A DNA stretch of 64,000 nt from an uncultured Eggerthellaceae bacterium (lineage in GTDB: Bacteria; Actinomycetota; Coriobacteriia; Coriobacteriales; Eggerthellaceae): NCBI GenBank assembly GCA_934630905.1, contig CAKTXN010000003.1, positions 2,838 through 66,837 on the forward strand, in the 5' to 3' direction. Position 1 is the first letter of the stretch. Each line of letters begins with the position of its first letter. Shown here piece after piece: positions 1-8,922 of the stretch. The translations under genes and the position numbers were made by a program. The notes below the pieces were generated by a model that worked only from the letters and a program-made list of their open reading frames with translations, did not search any database and was not told the origin of the DNA.

Positions 1-130
1 GTGAATGACGTTGAGTTTTGTCCATTGCAAGCAAGCGCTGATAAAATATTAAACTTGGTTGAATTGGCAACAAGGCCAATGATTCAAATATAAATAATCT
101 TTCCCCTGATAGGGGCGTTAAGGAGCTTGC

Positions 131-1279
131 ATGGCGTTTGGAAGAAAACGCAGAGAGCAGGAAGCCGATTATCTTGGCAGCCAGCTTTCCGCCCATACCG
201 ACGATCCCATGAGTCGTTATTCGCGCAACTCGGAAGTGTATGCGCGTAAAAAAGAGGAAATCCTGGAGTCGTATTCCCGCGACAACACGCAGAACTACTC
301 CCACAAGCGTGCGAAAAAAGGTACGCGCGGCAAAAAAGTTGCCCTGGCTATCCTTTCCGTGTTCGTGGTTGCCCTTCTTGGCGTGGGCGCTTACGCCTTC
401 GTGTTTTTCAATGAAGTCAACAGCGACTTGGGCGGCAACCATACTTCGGAAGAAGAGATGGAAATCCAAGAAGCGCTTGCGAAGGGCAACAGCTTCAACG
501 AGGTATTTTACGTGCTGCTGTTAGGTTCGGACTCGCGTGATGCCGATGACTTCACGGGTTCTCGATCCGACACGAACATTTTGACGCGTGTTGACCCGGT
601 GAATAAAGTGGTGACCATGGTGTCCATTCCGCGTGACACGAAGATCGAGCTCAGCGGGTATGGAACGCAGAAGTTCAACGCGGCGCGTTCATACGGCGGT
701 GTTGCAGGAGCAATTCGCGAGGCTTCCAAGCTGTGTGGCGTTGAGATTTCGCACTATGTGGAAATCGGTTTCGATGGCGTAATGGACCTGGTTGATTCTA
801 TTGGCGGCGTGGAAGTTGATGTTCCGTACTACATCAACGACGCCGATGCCTGGGTTGAAATTCAGCCGGGTTATCAGACGCTGAGCGGCTGGGATGCGTT
901 GGGTTTTGCCCGCAGCCGTGCTTATGCCGATGGCGACTTCACGCGTACTTCGAACCAGCGCCTTTTGATTAAGGCAGTGGTGGACAAGGTGCTCGCGCTT
1001 GATCCGGCCGCTATGCAACAGGCCATCCGTTCTGGCGCGAAGTGCGTTGATACTGATATGTCGCTTATGGACATCCTGGGTTTGGCCATGTCGTTCAAGG
1101 ACGGCTTTACCATGTATTCGGCAATGGTGCCTTCGACCACGGCGTACATCGGCGACGTTTCCTATGTTATTTGCGATACTCAAGGCCTGGCGGAAATGAT
1201 GAAGATCGTGGAAGCCGGCGGCGATCCTAGCACGTTGCAGACCACTTCGGGTTCGGTGACAGGAAGCTCTCTGGGATAG
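131..1279 (+). CDS. LytR-CpsA-Psr (LCP) family cell-envelope polymer transferase
   Basis: 382-aa ORF with AAGGAG just upstream of the ATG. It has a basic N-tail and one TM (LAILSVFVVALLGVGAYAFVFF). The LCP core motifs follow: LLLGSDSRD, RSDTNILTRVDP, VSIPRDT. Confidence 0.85.
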   Translation: MAFGRKRREQEADYLGSQLSAHTDDPMSRYSRNSEVYARKKEEILESYSRDNTQNYSHKRAKKGTRGKKVALAILSVFVVALLGVGAYAFVFFNEVNSDLGGNHTSEEEMEIQEALAKGNSFNEVFYVLLLGSDSRDADDFTGSRSDTNILTRVDPVNKVVTMVSIPRDTKIELSGYGTQKFNAARSYGGVAGAIREASKLCGVEISHYVEIGFDGVMDLVDSIGGVEVDVPYYINDADAWVEIQPGYQTLSGWDALGFARSRAYADGDFTRTSNQRLLIKAVVDKVLALDPAAMQQAIRSGAKCVDTDMSLMDILGLAMSFKDGFTMYSAMVPSTTAYIGDVSYVICDTQGLAEMMKIVEAGGDPSTLQTTSGSVTGSSLG

Positions 1280-1765
1280 CAGGAGCGCAGCGGCGAGCGC
1301 CGGCTGCTCGAGTGGGTGGCGCTGCAAGCAATGCCGCGCCATTACAAGCAGTGTCACGCAGCCACAAGCGGCGTTTTGTGGCTTTGACGTGCGCTTCGCC
1401 GATTCCTTCTTGCGCTGGCAGTATCAAGCGAGTAAGATTTATGGGCTAATGTATGTCCATGGTCTTGCTCGCTTTTTTAATGCGCGAACGGTTGGTGTCG
1501 GTAGCGCAACGCGAATGGCAAGCGCGTGCGAGTCAGCCAGCAACAGGTCTGGTTCTGCGGCATGCATTCACTTCTACAGGAAAAAGGAAAGGAACGTACT
1601 TGAAGGTTCGAAAACAGAAACCTCACAGTATGTAATCCTTCGGCTTCCTTCTTTTGGCAGCCGAAGAACGTCGGCTGTGTCACGTCTATGCATATAAGCG
1701 AAATCGCGTCTGGCGGCGCGCTTCGTTGTGGTGTGCCGTGTCGTGCCAAGTAAAGGGGAGGCTCA

Positions 1766-3112
1766 ATGCTTTATCTCTCTCAAATTAAAGGAAAGCCGGT
1801 GGTTGACTCCGAAGGGGAGCGCATCGGTGTTATCTCTGACCTGGCCATTCAGACGGGCGAGGTCTTTCCGCGCGTTACGAGCCTGGCGTTTCAAGGGCCG
1901 GGCCGCGTGCCGTTTATGATTTCATGGCGCAAGTACGTGGATCAGTTCGACGAGGAAGGCATCAAACTTTCCGTTGAAAGTCACGATATCCGCTTCAGCT
2001 ATTTGCAGCCCGATGAAGTGCTGCTGGCGCGCGATTTGATGGACCGTCAGATTGTTGATACGCAGGGCTTGAAGGTTGTGCGCGTAAACGACCTGAAGCT
2101 TTCCGAATCAGGTAGCCAGTTGCGTCTTCTTGGCGCTGAAGTAGGCGTTCGCGGTATCTTGCGCGGGCTCCATCCGCTGCTTGAGCGCGCGGTGGTGTCG
2201 GCGGCAAAGGCCATGAAGCATCCCATTGACGAGCAGATCATCGCCTGGAATTACATGGACCTTTTGGACCGCGACTTGTCCGAAGTGCAGCTTTCCGTGA
2301 CGCACAAGCGTTTGGATGAGTTGCATCCGGCCGACGTTGCGGACATTTTGGAGCAGCTTGACCCGCAGCAGCGTGCGAACGTATTCAAGCACCTGGATAT
2401 GAACCAGGCTTCGGAAGCAATCTCCGAAATGGAAGACGAGTATCAGGCGGAATTCATCGATGATCTGCCTGATGCCCAGGCGTCTGTCATGCTGGCAAAA
2501 ATGGACCCCGACGAAGCGGCCGATATTGTGCGCGATTTGTCGTACGAGAAGGCTGAAACGCTGTTGCGCCTGATGGGCGTAGAGGAAGCAGCAGAGATTC
2601 GCGGACTTTTGGGCTTCAAGGACGGCACGGCTGGCGGCATGATGACCACGCAGTTCGTGCAAGTGCACGAGGAAGATACCGTGCATGATACCATCGAGCT
2701 GCTGCGTGCCCTTCCCGAGGATTATCCGTCCATTCATCACGTGTACGTGTGCGATGAGTACGATAAGTTAGTTGGCGTGGCATCGTTGCGTACGCTGGTG
2801 CTTGCTCCGGAGTCGAAGCACATGCACGATGTCATGTTTGACGAGGTCATTTCGATTACGCCTGACACAACTGAAGACGACGTGGTTGAGACCATCTTCA
2901 AATATAACTTGCCCGCGCTGCCTGTTGTGGACGAAGATGGGTCCATTTTGGGCATTGTTACCACCGATGACGCGTGGGATGCTGTTGAAGATGACGCCAT
3001 TGAAAAGAAGTTCAAACCGATTGTTGTGGTGGGAATCGTGTTGGGCGTGCTGGCGTTTATAGCGCTCTACACGGTTATTCTTTTACAGCTGTTGCACTAC
3101 CCCTGGAGTTAA
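1766..3112 (+). CDS. membrane-tethered PRC-barrel / MgtE-N / tandem-CBS protein (MgtE cytosolic sensor module without the MgtE pore)
   Basis: 448-aa ORF with GGGGAGG upstream of the ATG. The N-terminus is PRC-barrel-like (IKGKPVVDSEGERIGVISDL). An MgtE-N-type helical region follows (LHPADVADILEQLDPQQRANVFKHLD ... MDPDEAADIVRDL), then two CBS-like segments. It ends in a single C-terminal TM (IVVVGIVLGVLAFIALYTVILLQLL). There is no 5-TM pore domain. Confidence 0.75.
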   Translation: MLYLSQIKGKPVVDSEGERIGVISDLAIQTGEVFPRVTSLAFQGPGRVPFMISWRKYVDQFDEEGIKLSVESHDIRFSYLQPDEVLLARDLMDRQIVDTQGLKVVRVNDLKLSESGSQLRLLGAEVGVRGILRGLHPLLERAVVSAAKAMKHPIDEQIIAWNYMDLLDRDLSEVQLSVTHKRLDELHPADVADILEQLDPQQRANVFKHLDMNQASEAISEMEDEYQAEFIDDLPDAQASVMLAKMDPDEAADIVRDLSYEKAETLLRLMGVEEAAEIRGLLGFKDGTAGGMMTTQFVQVHEEDTVHDTIELLRALPEDYPSIHHVYVCDEYDKLVGVASLRTLVLAPESKHMHDVMFDEVISITPDTTEDDVVETIFKYNLPALPVVDEDGSILGIVTTDDAWDAVEDDAIEKKFKPIVVVGIVLGVLAFIALYTVILLQLLHYPWS

Positions 3113-3115
3113 ATC

Positions 3116-4429
3116 ATGGTTATGAAGGAAGAAGAGCTCATTGAGCTGGCTACTTCCACAGGGGAAGAGCTGGCGCCGAGCGAGGAAAAAGGCAAGCTGC
3201 CGAAAAAGTCAAAGCTCATGGTGATTTTGGCGGCTATGGGGCCGGGCATTATCACGGCTATGGCGGGCAACGATGCTGGCGGCATTGCAACGTATTCCCA
3301 GGTTGGCGCGCTGTTTGGGTACAAAACGCTGTGGGCGCTTCCCATTATGTGCATCCTTTTGATGGTTGTCCAGCTTACGGCAAGCCGTATGGGCGCGGTT
3401 ACCGGTAAAGGTTACGCTGCGCTGATTCGCGAGCGCTTCGGCATTCGTTTGACCGCTCTTGCCATGGTTGCGCTGCTTATTGGCAACGTGGCAACGATTA
3501 TTTCGCAGTTCGCGGGCATTGCCGGCGGCATGGAGATGTTCGGCGTTTCCAAGTATGTAACCGTTCCGATTGCGGCGCTGGTGGTGTGGTTGCTGGTTGT
3601 GGGCGGAAATTACAAGCGCGTCGAGCGTATTTTTTTAGCTATTTCGTTGGTATTCATTACGTATGCGATTGCGGCTGTTATGGCGCGGCCCGATTGGGGA
3701 CAGGCTTTGGCCTGCACGTTTACGCCCGTAATCATGAACGACACGAATTATATTTCGCTGATGATTGCTATGGTTGGTACCACGATTGCGCCGTGGATGA
3801 TCTTCAACATGCAAAGCAACATTGTGGAAAAAGGCATGAGCGTAGATGATGCGCTGCCCATGCGCGTCGATGCGATTTCGGGAACGGTGGCGGCGTGCCT
3901 GGTGGCGTGGTTTATTGTGGTAACCACGGGTGCCGTTTTGTATCCCGAAGGCGTGTCGATTGAAAGCGCTGCCGATGCTGCGCGCGCTTTGGAGCCGTTT
4001 GCGGGTCCCTATGCGCAAATGTTGTTCGCCGTTGGTCTGATTGGCGCGTCGTTTTTGGCGGCATGCGTTTTACCGCTGACCACGGCTTTCGTTATCTGCG
4101 AAGCGTTCGGTTGGGAAGCGGGCGTTGACTTCACTTGGAAAGAAGCCCCCATGTTCAAGGGCATCTTGACGTTTGTGATCATATTCTCTGCGCTTATTGT
4201 TTTGATTCCGAATATCAATCTGATGTCCATTATGCTGTTCTCCCAGTTCGTTTGCGGTGTTATTCTGCCGGTACTGCTGGTGTTCATGGCGCTTATCAGT
4301 TCCGATAAACGCATTATGGGAAAGTATGTTTCGGGTCGCATTTCCCGCGTGCTTATCTGGGCGACTGTTGTGGTGGTAACGCTGCTTACGGTGGCGCTTT
4401 TGGTTATGCAGGTGCTAGGACTTGGATAG
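3116..4429 (+). CDS. NRAMP/SLC11-family transporter of the NRMT (NRAMP-related Mg2+ transporter) type
   Basis: 437-aa polytopic ORF starting 3 nt after the previous stop. The TM1 motif reads AGNDAGG, so canonical DPGN is DAGG here. TM6 reads GTTIAPWMIF, so canonical MPH is APW here. These are the substitutions reported for Mg2+-transporting NRAMP relatives. Confidence 0.75.
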   Translation: MVMKEEELIELATSTGEELAPSEEKGKLPKKSKLMVILAAMGPGIITAMAGNDAGGIATYSQVGALFGYKTLWALPIMCILLMVVQLTASRMGAVTGKGYAALIRERFGIRLTALAMVALLIGNVATIISQFAGIAGGMEMFGVSKYVTVPIAALVVWLLVVGGNYKRVERIFLAISLVFITYAIAAVMARPDWGQALACTFTPVIMNDTNYISLMIAMVGTTIAPWMIFNMQSNIVEKGMSVDDALPMRVDAISGTVAACLVAWFIVVTTGAVLYPEGVSIESAADAARALEPFAGPYAQMLFAVGLIGASFLAACVLPLTTAFVICEAFGWEAGVDFTWKEAPMFKGILTFVIIFSALIVLIPNINLMSIMLFSQFVCGVILPVLLVFMALISSDKRIMGKYVSGRISRVLIWATVVVVTLLTVALLVMQVLGLG

Positions 4430-4546
4430 CGTTTGGGATCGCTGGTTGCGGGGCGCGCTGTTGGTTGGAACTCGGGTATGGAGGTCGCCTGCGCCGATGC
4501 AGCCAGTTGGAACTCGGGTAACGTTCAGAGGCGAAAGGATTTTGCG

Positions 4547-5191
4547 ATGGTCACGATTGATGATGCAGACATTTCTCGGGAAAAAGCCGCTTTGCGTAAG
4601 AGCGTTATTGCTCGTCGCAACGAAATGAATCCCGGTGCTCGCGCCCAGAAAAGCGCTGCTATTTGTCGCGAGGTTATAGAGCAGTTAGAGGTAGCTTTTA
4701 AGCAGACGGGGTCTGTGTCGGGAAAACAGCCGCTGGTCGGCCTGTTTTCTGCGCTTGGCAGCGAAGTTGACCTGCGCGATGTTGTTCGCCATGTGCAGCA
4801 TGTGGGTTGGCGTATTGCCCTTCCCGTGATGGTTTTGCAAGAAGAAGCCCCTGGTTACACCATGCTTTTTGTGGATGTTGATTGTAAGACGGCTCTTTTG
4901 CGTCAAGAGGCATTCCTTGCGAAGCCTGCCAAGAATCTTGATCCGAGCGACTTTGACTTTGAGCGCTTCCCCCTTGTTTCCCCTGATGAGCTGGATGCTT
5001 TAGTGATGCCGCTGGTCGCTTTTGACAGCCAAGGCGGTCGCTTGGGTTATGGCGGGGGAAATTACGACCGCTATTTGCCGCAACTGCGTGAAGATTGCTG
5101 GGTGTCGGGCGTTGCTTTCGACGAGCAGTGCGTCCCGCGTGTTCCTCGCGCGGACTTTGATCTGGCAATTCCCCAGGTCATTCACGCGTAG
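4547..5191 (+). CDS. 5-formyltetrahydrofolate cyclo-ligase
   Basis: The track ORF 4433-5191 was trimmed to the ATG at 4547, which has GAAAGGA upstream. Motifs seen: EKAALRKSVIARR, LPV, GYGGGNYDRYL. Confidence 0.8.
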   Translation: MVTIDDADISREKAALRKSVIARRNEMNPGARAQKSAAICREVIEQLEVAFKQTGSVSGKQPLVGLFSALGSEVDLRDVVRHVQHVGWRIALPVMVLQEEAPGYTMLFVDVDCKTALLRQEAFLAKPAKNLDPSDFDFERFPLVSPDELDALVMPLVAFDSQGGRLGYGGGNYDRYLPQLREDCWVSGVAFDEQCVPRVPRADFDLAIPQVIHA

Positions 5192-5271
5192 CTGTTGGAT
5201 TTCGATTCTGCAGCTTGATGGCGACGGTTGGCGGTTGCAACTCGGCGTCCGCCGCTTTCCGTGTGGCTCGT

Positions 5272-5925
5272 TTAGAGCGACAGCAGCTGATCGAATTGCG
5301 AAATCAGGGCATCGGGGTTGGTTTCGCCAATGTTCCCGTTCGTGCCGTATCCGTATTCAACCGCTACCGCGAACGCGCCCGTTGCTTGCGCCACGCGGAC
5401 ATCGCCTGCGGAATCTCCCACATAAGCGGTTTCGTGCGCTAGAACGCCTAATTCTTTCATGGTGTTCAGCAGGCCTTGCGGGTTAGGTTTGCGCGGATAA
5501 TCAGGGCTTTCTCCGTGAACGGCATCGAAGATTCCCGGAAAAAAATGGTTGATGGTCATCTTGGCGTCTTCATCGCGCTTGTTTGAGAGCACCGCTAGTT
5601 TTGCGCCTTGGGCTTTCAGCGCTGTCAGTGTTTCTTTGACGTGCGGATAGAGCTTGGTGTGTTCCAGGCCGTGCTCAGCAAACGTGCCATACCAAGTGCG
5701 ATAGACTTCCTTCCCTTTTTCTTCGGGCAGCTCTTGTCCCAGTTCTTCCTGCAAAAGCACCACGATGCCGCCGCGTTGAAAGCAGTCCAGTATTTCCTTG
5801 CGCGTGTAAGTGCGCTTGCTTCCCATTTGGGCTAATGTCGTGTTGGTCACGGCAACGAAATCATCCATGGTGTCAAGCAGCGTGCCGTCTAGGTCGAAAA
5901 CATATGCGTCAAATCGCGGTGACAT
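5272..5925 (-). CDS. HAD-superfamily hydrolase (phosphoglycolate phosphatase-like)
   Basis: 217-aa ORF. HAD motif I is YVFDLDGTLLDT, motif II is LSN, and motif IV is YVGDSAGDV. Confidence 0.75.
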   Translation of the reverse strand: MSPRFDAYVFDLDGTLLDTMDDFVAVTNTTLAQMGSKRTYTRKEILDCFQRGGIVVLLQEELGQELPEEKGKEVYRTWYGTFAEHGLEHTKLYPHVKETLTALKAQGAKLAVLSNKRDEDAKMTINHFFPGIFDAVHGESPDYPRKPNPQGLLNTMKELGVLAHETAYVGDSAGDVRVAQATGAFAVAVEYGYGTNGNIGETNPDALISQFDQLLSL

Positions 5926-6003
5926 GAAGTGCCTTTCTTTCTAATTTCGCGCAAGAGTAAAACGTCATGGTACAATAACAAAGTTCGCTTTCGCGAGCAA
6001 GTT

Positions 6004-6079
6004 GCCTCCGTAGCTCAGGGGATAGAGCGTCGGTTTCCTAAACCGTGCGTCGGATGTTCGAATCATCTCGGGGGCACCA
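6004..6079 (+). tRNA. tRNA-Arg (anticodon CCU), CCA encoded
   Basis: 76 nt, folded by hand. The acceptor stem is GCCTCCG/CGGGGGC, the D arm is GCTC-AGGGGATA-GAGC, the anticodon arm is TCGGT-TTCCTAA-ACCGT, and the T arm is GGATG-TTCGAAT-CATCT. It ends in a 3' ACCA. Confidence 0.9.
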
Positions 6080-6088
6080 TGAAAAAGC

Positions 6089-6125
6089 CAGGTCAGAGCG
6101 TTATTCGCCCTGACCTGTTTCTTTT
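6089..6125 (+). terminator. rho-independent terminator after the tRNA
   Basis: Stem CAGGTCAG ... CTGACCTG followed by TTTCTTTT. Confidence 0.6.
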
Positions 6126-6328
6126 ACCGGACTTCTGAAAACGGGGAAAAGCGGGTGGAAAAGAGTGGAGAAGTGCACAACTTAGCACCCCTCTCTTGTA
6201 GGGCGACGACCGGTCATTCGCCCAGGCGGTTGTCGCTGTTCCGCGTTCGTGAGCAGTGCAACAAATCCGATTGGCTTTCGGCGAGCCTCGCTCGCTTGAG
6301 ACCCCGCTACTGCATTGCACGCGGCATG

Positions 6329-6871
6329 CTATTTGATGGAGGCGCCCAGCTTGCGGCATTCCTCGATTGCGGGCTTGCCGTTAACGGCGCCTTTCTCGTA
6401 GCTGTTGTTGCACAGCACAATGCCCAGGATTTCCTGGTGAGAGTAATTCATGGCAATTTCAAAGCTTTTCACCAGACCATCGGCGGTGGTAATATCCTTG
6501 TCTTCGAATGGCACGAGCATTGCCGCGCGCTTCATGGCGAATTTGCGTCCGCCTATTGCGCAGAACTGGCGATCCATGAACGCTTTTATTTGTGCGGGGT
6601 AGCTGTAGTAGTAAAGCGGGAATGCGTAAACAACGGTGTCGGCCCACTCCAGGTCGCCATAGAAGTTTTGCATGTCGTCTTTTTGGCAGCACTCGCCACC
6701 ATGGGTAAAGCAATATTCGCAGCCCAAGCAGCCGTTGATTTTTGCGCTGCCTACATGAGCTACGCGAATTTCGTTGTCGGCTTCGCGCGCGCCCTCAATA
6801 AACGCGTCTGCCATAATCTGGCTGTTGCCGCCTTTTCGGGGGCTACCGTGCACTACCAAGATGTTTGCCAT
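6329..6871 (-). CDS. NAD(P)H-dependent FMN reductase / iron-sulfur flavoprotein-like (flavodoxin fold)
   Basis: The start was trimmed to MANILVVHGSPRKGGNS, which has GAGAGGAA upstream. A Cys cluster CLGCEYC...CC is present. Confidence 0.7.
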   Translation of the reverse strand: MANILVVHGSPRKGGNSQIMADAFIEGAREADNEIRVAHVGSAKINGCLGCEYCFTHGGECCQKDDMQNFYGDLEWADTVVYAFPLYYYSYPAQIKAFMDRQFCAIGGRKFAMKRAAMLVPFEDKDITTADGLVKSFEIAMNYSHQEILGIVLCNNSYEKGAVNGKPAIEECRKLGASIK

Positions 6872-7042
6872 GCTGAATTCCTCTCTCAAAAGATTTTCTC
6901 TGACAAGTGCTCATGATGCTTCCATCTTTGCAAGTCGCAAGGCTTTGCTATCGACGTGCGTCTTGCAACTTGTCCGCTCCGACCCGCACGGTTGCGGCGG
7001 GCATGTACTTTTTCGCCCTTCGACCGCAGGTCAAATTCCCTT

Positions 7043-7483
7043 TTACGAAAGTCGAGCGCCTACTTCTTTTGCAGCGGCTGCTTTGTCGAAATTGCCGTCG
7101 GTTGCAGCAGTAAGGGCGCCCATGACTTTGCCCATGTCCTTTTTGGACGAGGCACCCAGCTCAGCAATCTTCTCTTCGATAAGCGCGATCAGCGCATTGC
7201 CCGACAGCTGCTGGGGCAGATATTCTTCCAAAACAGCAACTTGAGCAGCAAGTTTATCGGTGCGCTCTTGGTCGGAACCCTTTTTGGAATCTTCTAGCGT
7301 TTCCTTTGTTTGCTTGATGACGCGCTTAAGCATAGCACCTACGTCGGCTTCGGTAATCTCACGACGCTCGTTTACCTCGATGCTTTTGATTTCGGTTTTC
7401 ACCATGCGCAGAATGTCTCGGCGCAGGCTGTCCTTTGCGCGCATTGCGTTTTTGATCTCTTCGTCAAGGGCTGCATACTCCAT
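7043..7483 (-). CDS. yqeY: GatB/YqeY domain protein
   Basis: The start was trimmed to MEYAALDEEIKNAMRAKD, which has GAAAGGAG upstream. The C-terminus reads MGKVMGALTAATDGNFDKAAAAKEV. Confidence 0.8.
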   Translation of the reverse strand: MEYAALDEEIKNAMRAKDSLRRDILRMVKTEIKSIEVNERREITEADVGAMLKRVIKQTKETLEDSKKGSDQERTDKLAAQVAVLEEYLPQQLSGNALIALIEEKIAELGASSKKDMGKVMGALTAATDGNFDKAAAAKEVGARLS

Positions 7484-7575
7484 AAATGTCTCCTTTCGCT
7501 GCCTTTTCGTGATGCTATTATCGCACTTGCGGGGAGCACGTGTTTCCCAGACCTGCATGTTTATACAGGTTTTCA

Positions 7576-7650
7576 TCTTTTTGGCTTCTTGACTGCGTGC
7601 AGCTTTTCCATAAAGAAAGCGCCCGCTGATTGCGTGATGCGGACAAACAG
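7576..7650. repeat. left copy of a ~75-bp imperfect direct repeat flanking the 8108 locus
   Basis: The 26-bp core CCATAAAGAAAGCGCCCGCTGATTGC at 7608-7633 is identical to 8954-8979. About 30 bp on each side are roughly 70% similar. The second arm of the hairpin is decayed in this copy. Confidence 0.85.
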
Positions 7651-7794
7651 ACGTCTTCCTTGTGGGGTGTGGCAATATTAGAATGTCTGTACGGCCCGGC
7701 TTGCGCTCGGTATCGTTGAGTTAGAAGCGCATATTGTGGATTTAAGCTCTTCGATTGGGAGCCTTTGTTTGCTCTTTTCGGGGTTTTGAAAACT

Positions 7795-8074
7795 AAAATA
7801 GGAGGAAATCAAAATTATTTTGATTTCCTCCTATTTTTAATATGCACTACTTGAGCAAAATAGGAGATTTTGATAAAAAATTGAAATTTCTCCTATTATT
7901 TCTTTCAATTATCAAATGAAATTGCTTGTTTTGACTCATTTTGCACTGCGTGTTGTCTAAATCAAGGTTAAATAATAGGAGGAAAATTAAAAAATTTCAT
8001 TTTTCTCCTATTTTATCAAAGAGGACCGTGCTATAAATAGGAGAAATATAGAAAAAATACGATTCTCTCCTATT
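7795..8074. repeat. four homologous ~40-bp imperfect palindromes (AATAGGAG-N23-CTCCTATT)
   Basis: Copies lie at 7795-7837 (perfect 20-bp stem, 3-nt loop), 7859-7897, 7974-8012 and 8036-8074. They form two pairs, each 62 bp start-to-start, with 115 bp between the pairs. The DNA is AT-rich. Confidence 0.9.
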
Positions 8075-8107
8075 TTAGATGAAAGCAAAGGAATAAGGGG
8101 GTGCGCA

Positions 8108-8914
8108 ATGTTGCTGGATGAGGTCAAATCAGAGCTGGCCGAGCTAAACGATGCAATCGAGTGGGCACAAAAGGGACTTAGCAAGGCGCCTGAGGGCTCT
8201 TTGCTCGTCGATGACTCAAAAAACGGTATTCATTATTATTGGCGCAAGACAGCTACGGATAAAAAAGGTGTTTACCTGGGCAAAGGCGACCAGGAGCAAG
8301 TTCGCGCTCTTGCACAAAAAGATTACGAGGCTCGCTTGCTTAAGGCTGCCGAAAAGGAAAAAGCCTTGCTTGAGCGAATTCAAGTACGCTGCGACAAGGG
8401 AGGCTTGCAGGGCTCAGGGGTCCTCGGGCTGACTTACGAAAACCTGTCTGATGCTCGAAAAGAGCTGGTGGAGCCTTATATTTTGTCAAACGACGAGTAT
8501 GCTCGACGCTGGCAGCTTGAAGAGTATGCAGGTAATTCACATCCGTTTGGATCGTATTCGCTATTCACGCGCGGTGGCGTGCGGGTGCGCTCGAAATCCG
8601 AAGTGCTTATCGCTGACGCTCTAGAGGCGGCGGGCGTGCCGTATAAATACGAGCGCCCTCTCAACCTGGGAGGATACAATCCCGTCTATCCTGACTTTAC
8701 GGTATTGAACAAGCGTACTCGCGCAGAATATTATTGGGAGCATTTTGGGGGCATGGATGATGCTGAGTACCGAGAGGGCATGGTGCACAAGCTAAACAGT
8801 TATGCGTTGGCTGGCATATTTCCCGGTGAGCAGCTTTTGGCTACTTACGAGACATCGGAAACGCCCTTGGATACACGCGTTATCAGGGTACTTATTGAAA
8901 AATACTTGCTTTAG
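8108..8914 (+). CDS. hypothetical protein with C-terminal PD-(D/E)xK (TnsA/Vsr-like) nuclease-fold motifs
   Basis: 268-aa ORF with AAGGGGG upstream of the ATG. The N-terminal half is coiled-coil-like. The C-terminal half reads RSKSEVLIADALEAAGVPYKYERPL ... YPDFTVL ... YYWEHFG. The fold assignment is by motif resemblance only. Confidence 0.55.
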   Translation: MLLDEVKSELAELNDAIEWAQKGLSKAPEGSLLVDDSKNGIHYYWRKTATDKKGVYLGKGDQEQVRALAQKDYEARLLKAAEKEKALLERIQVRCDKGGLQGSGVLGLTYENLSDARKELVEPYILSNDEYARRWQLEEYAGNSHPFGSYSLFTRGGVRVRSKSEVLIADALEAAGVPYKYERPLNLGGYNPVYPDFTVLNKRTRAEYYWEHFGGMDDAEYREGMVHKLNSYALAGIFPGEQLLATYETSETPLDTRVIRVLIEKYLL

Positions 8915-8922
8915 TAAAAGCT

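Noticed and set aside
1-93. Open frame running in from the left edge (VNDVEFCPLQASADKILNLVELATRPMIQI, stop at 91-93).
   Set aside because: Only 30 codons are visible, the DNA is AT-rich, and no motif was recognised. It cannot be distinguished from non-coding sequence without the upstream region.
1280-1765. The 486-bp leader before the MgtE-sensor/NRMT operon was checked for an M-box (Mg2+) or yybP-ykoY (Mn2+) riboswitch.
   Set aside because: I could not find the conserved M-box blocks (GUUAGGUGAGGCUCC, GCUGCCC-AAA, CUAAAGC) or yybP motifs by eye. Only generic hairpins are present (for example CTTCGGCT...AGCCGAAG at ~1640-1668). A covariance-model scan would be decisive.
6004-6330. The tRNA-Arg was checked as an integration hotspot by looking for a duplicated tRNA 3' end or att repeats nearby.
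   Set aside because: No second copy of the tRNA 3' segment was seen in the window. The downstream genes look like ordinary housekeeping genes.
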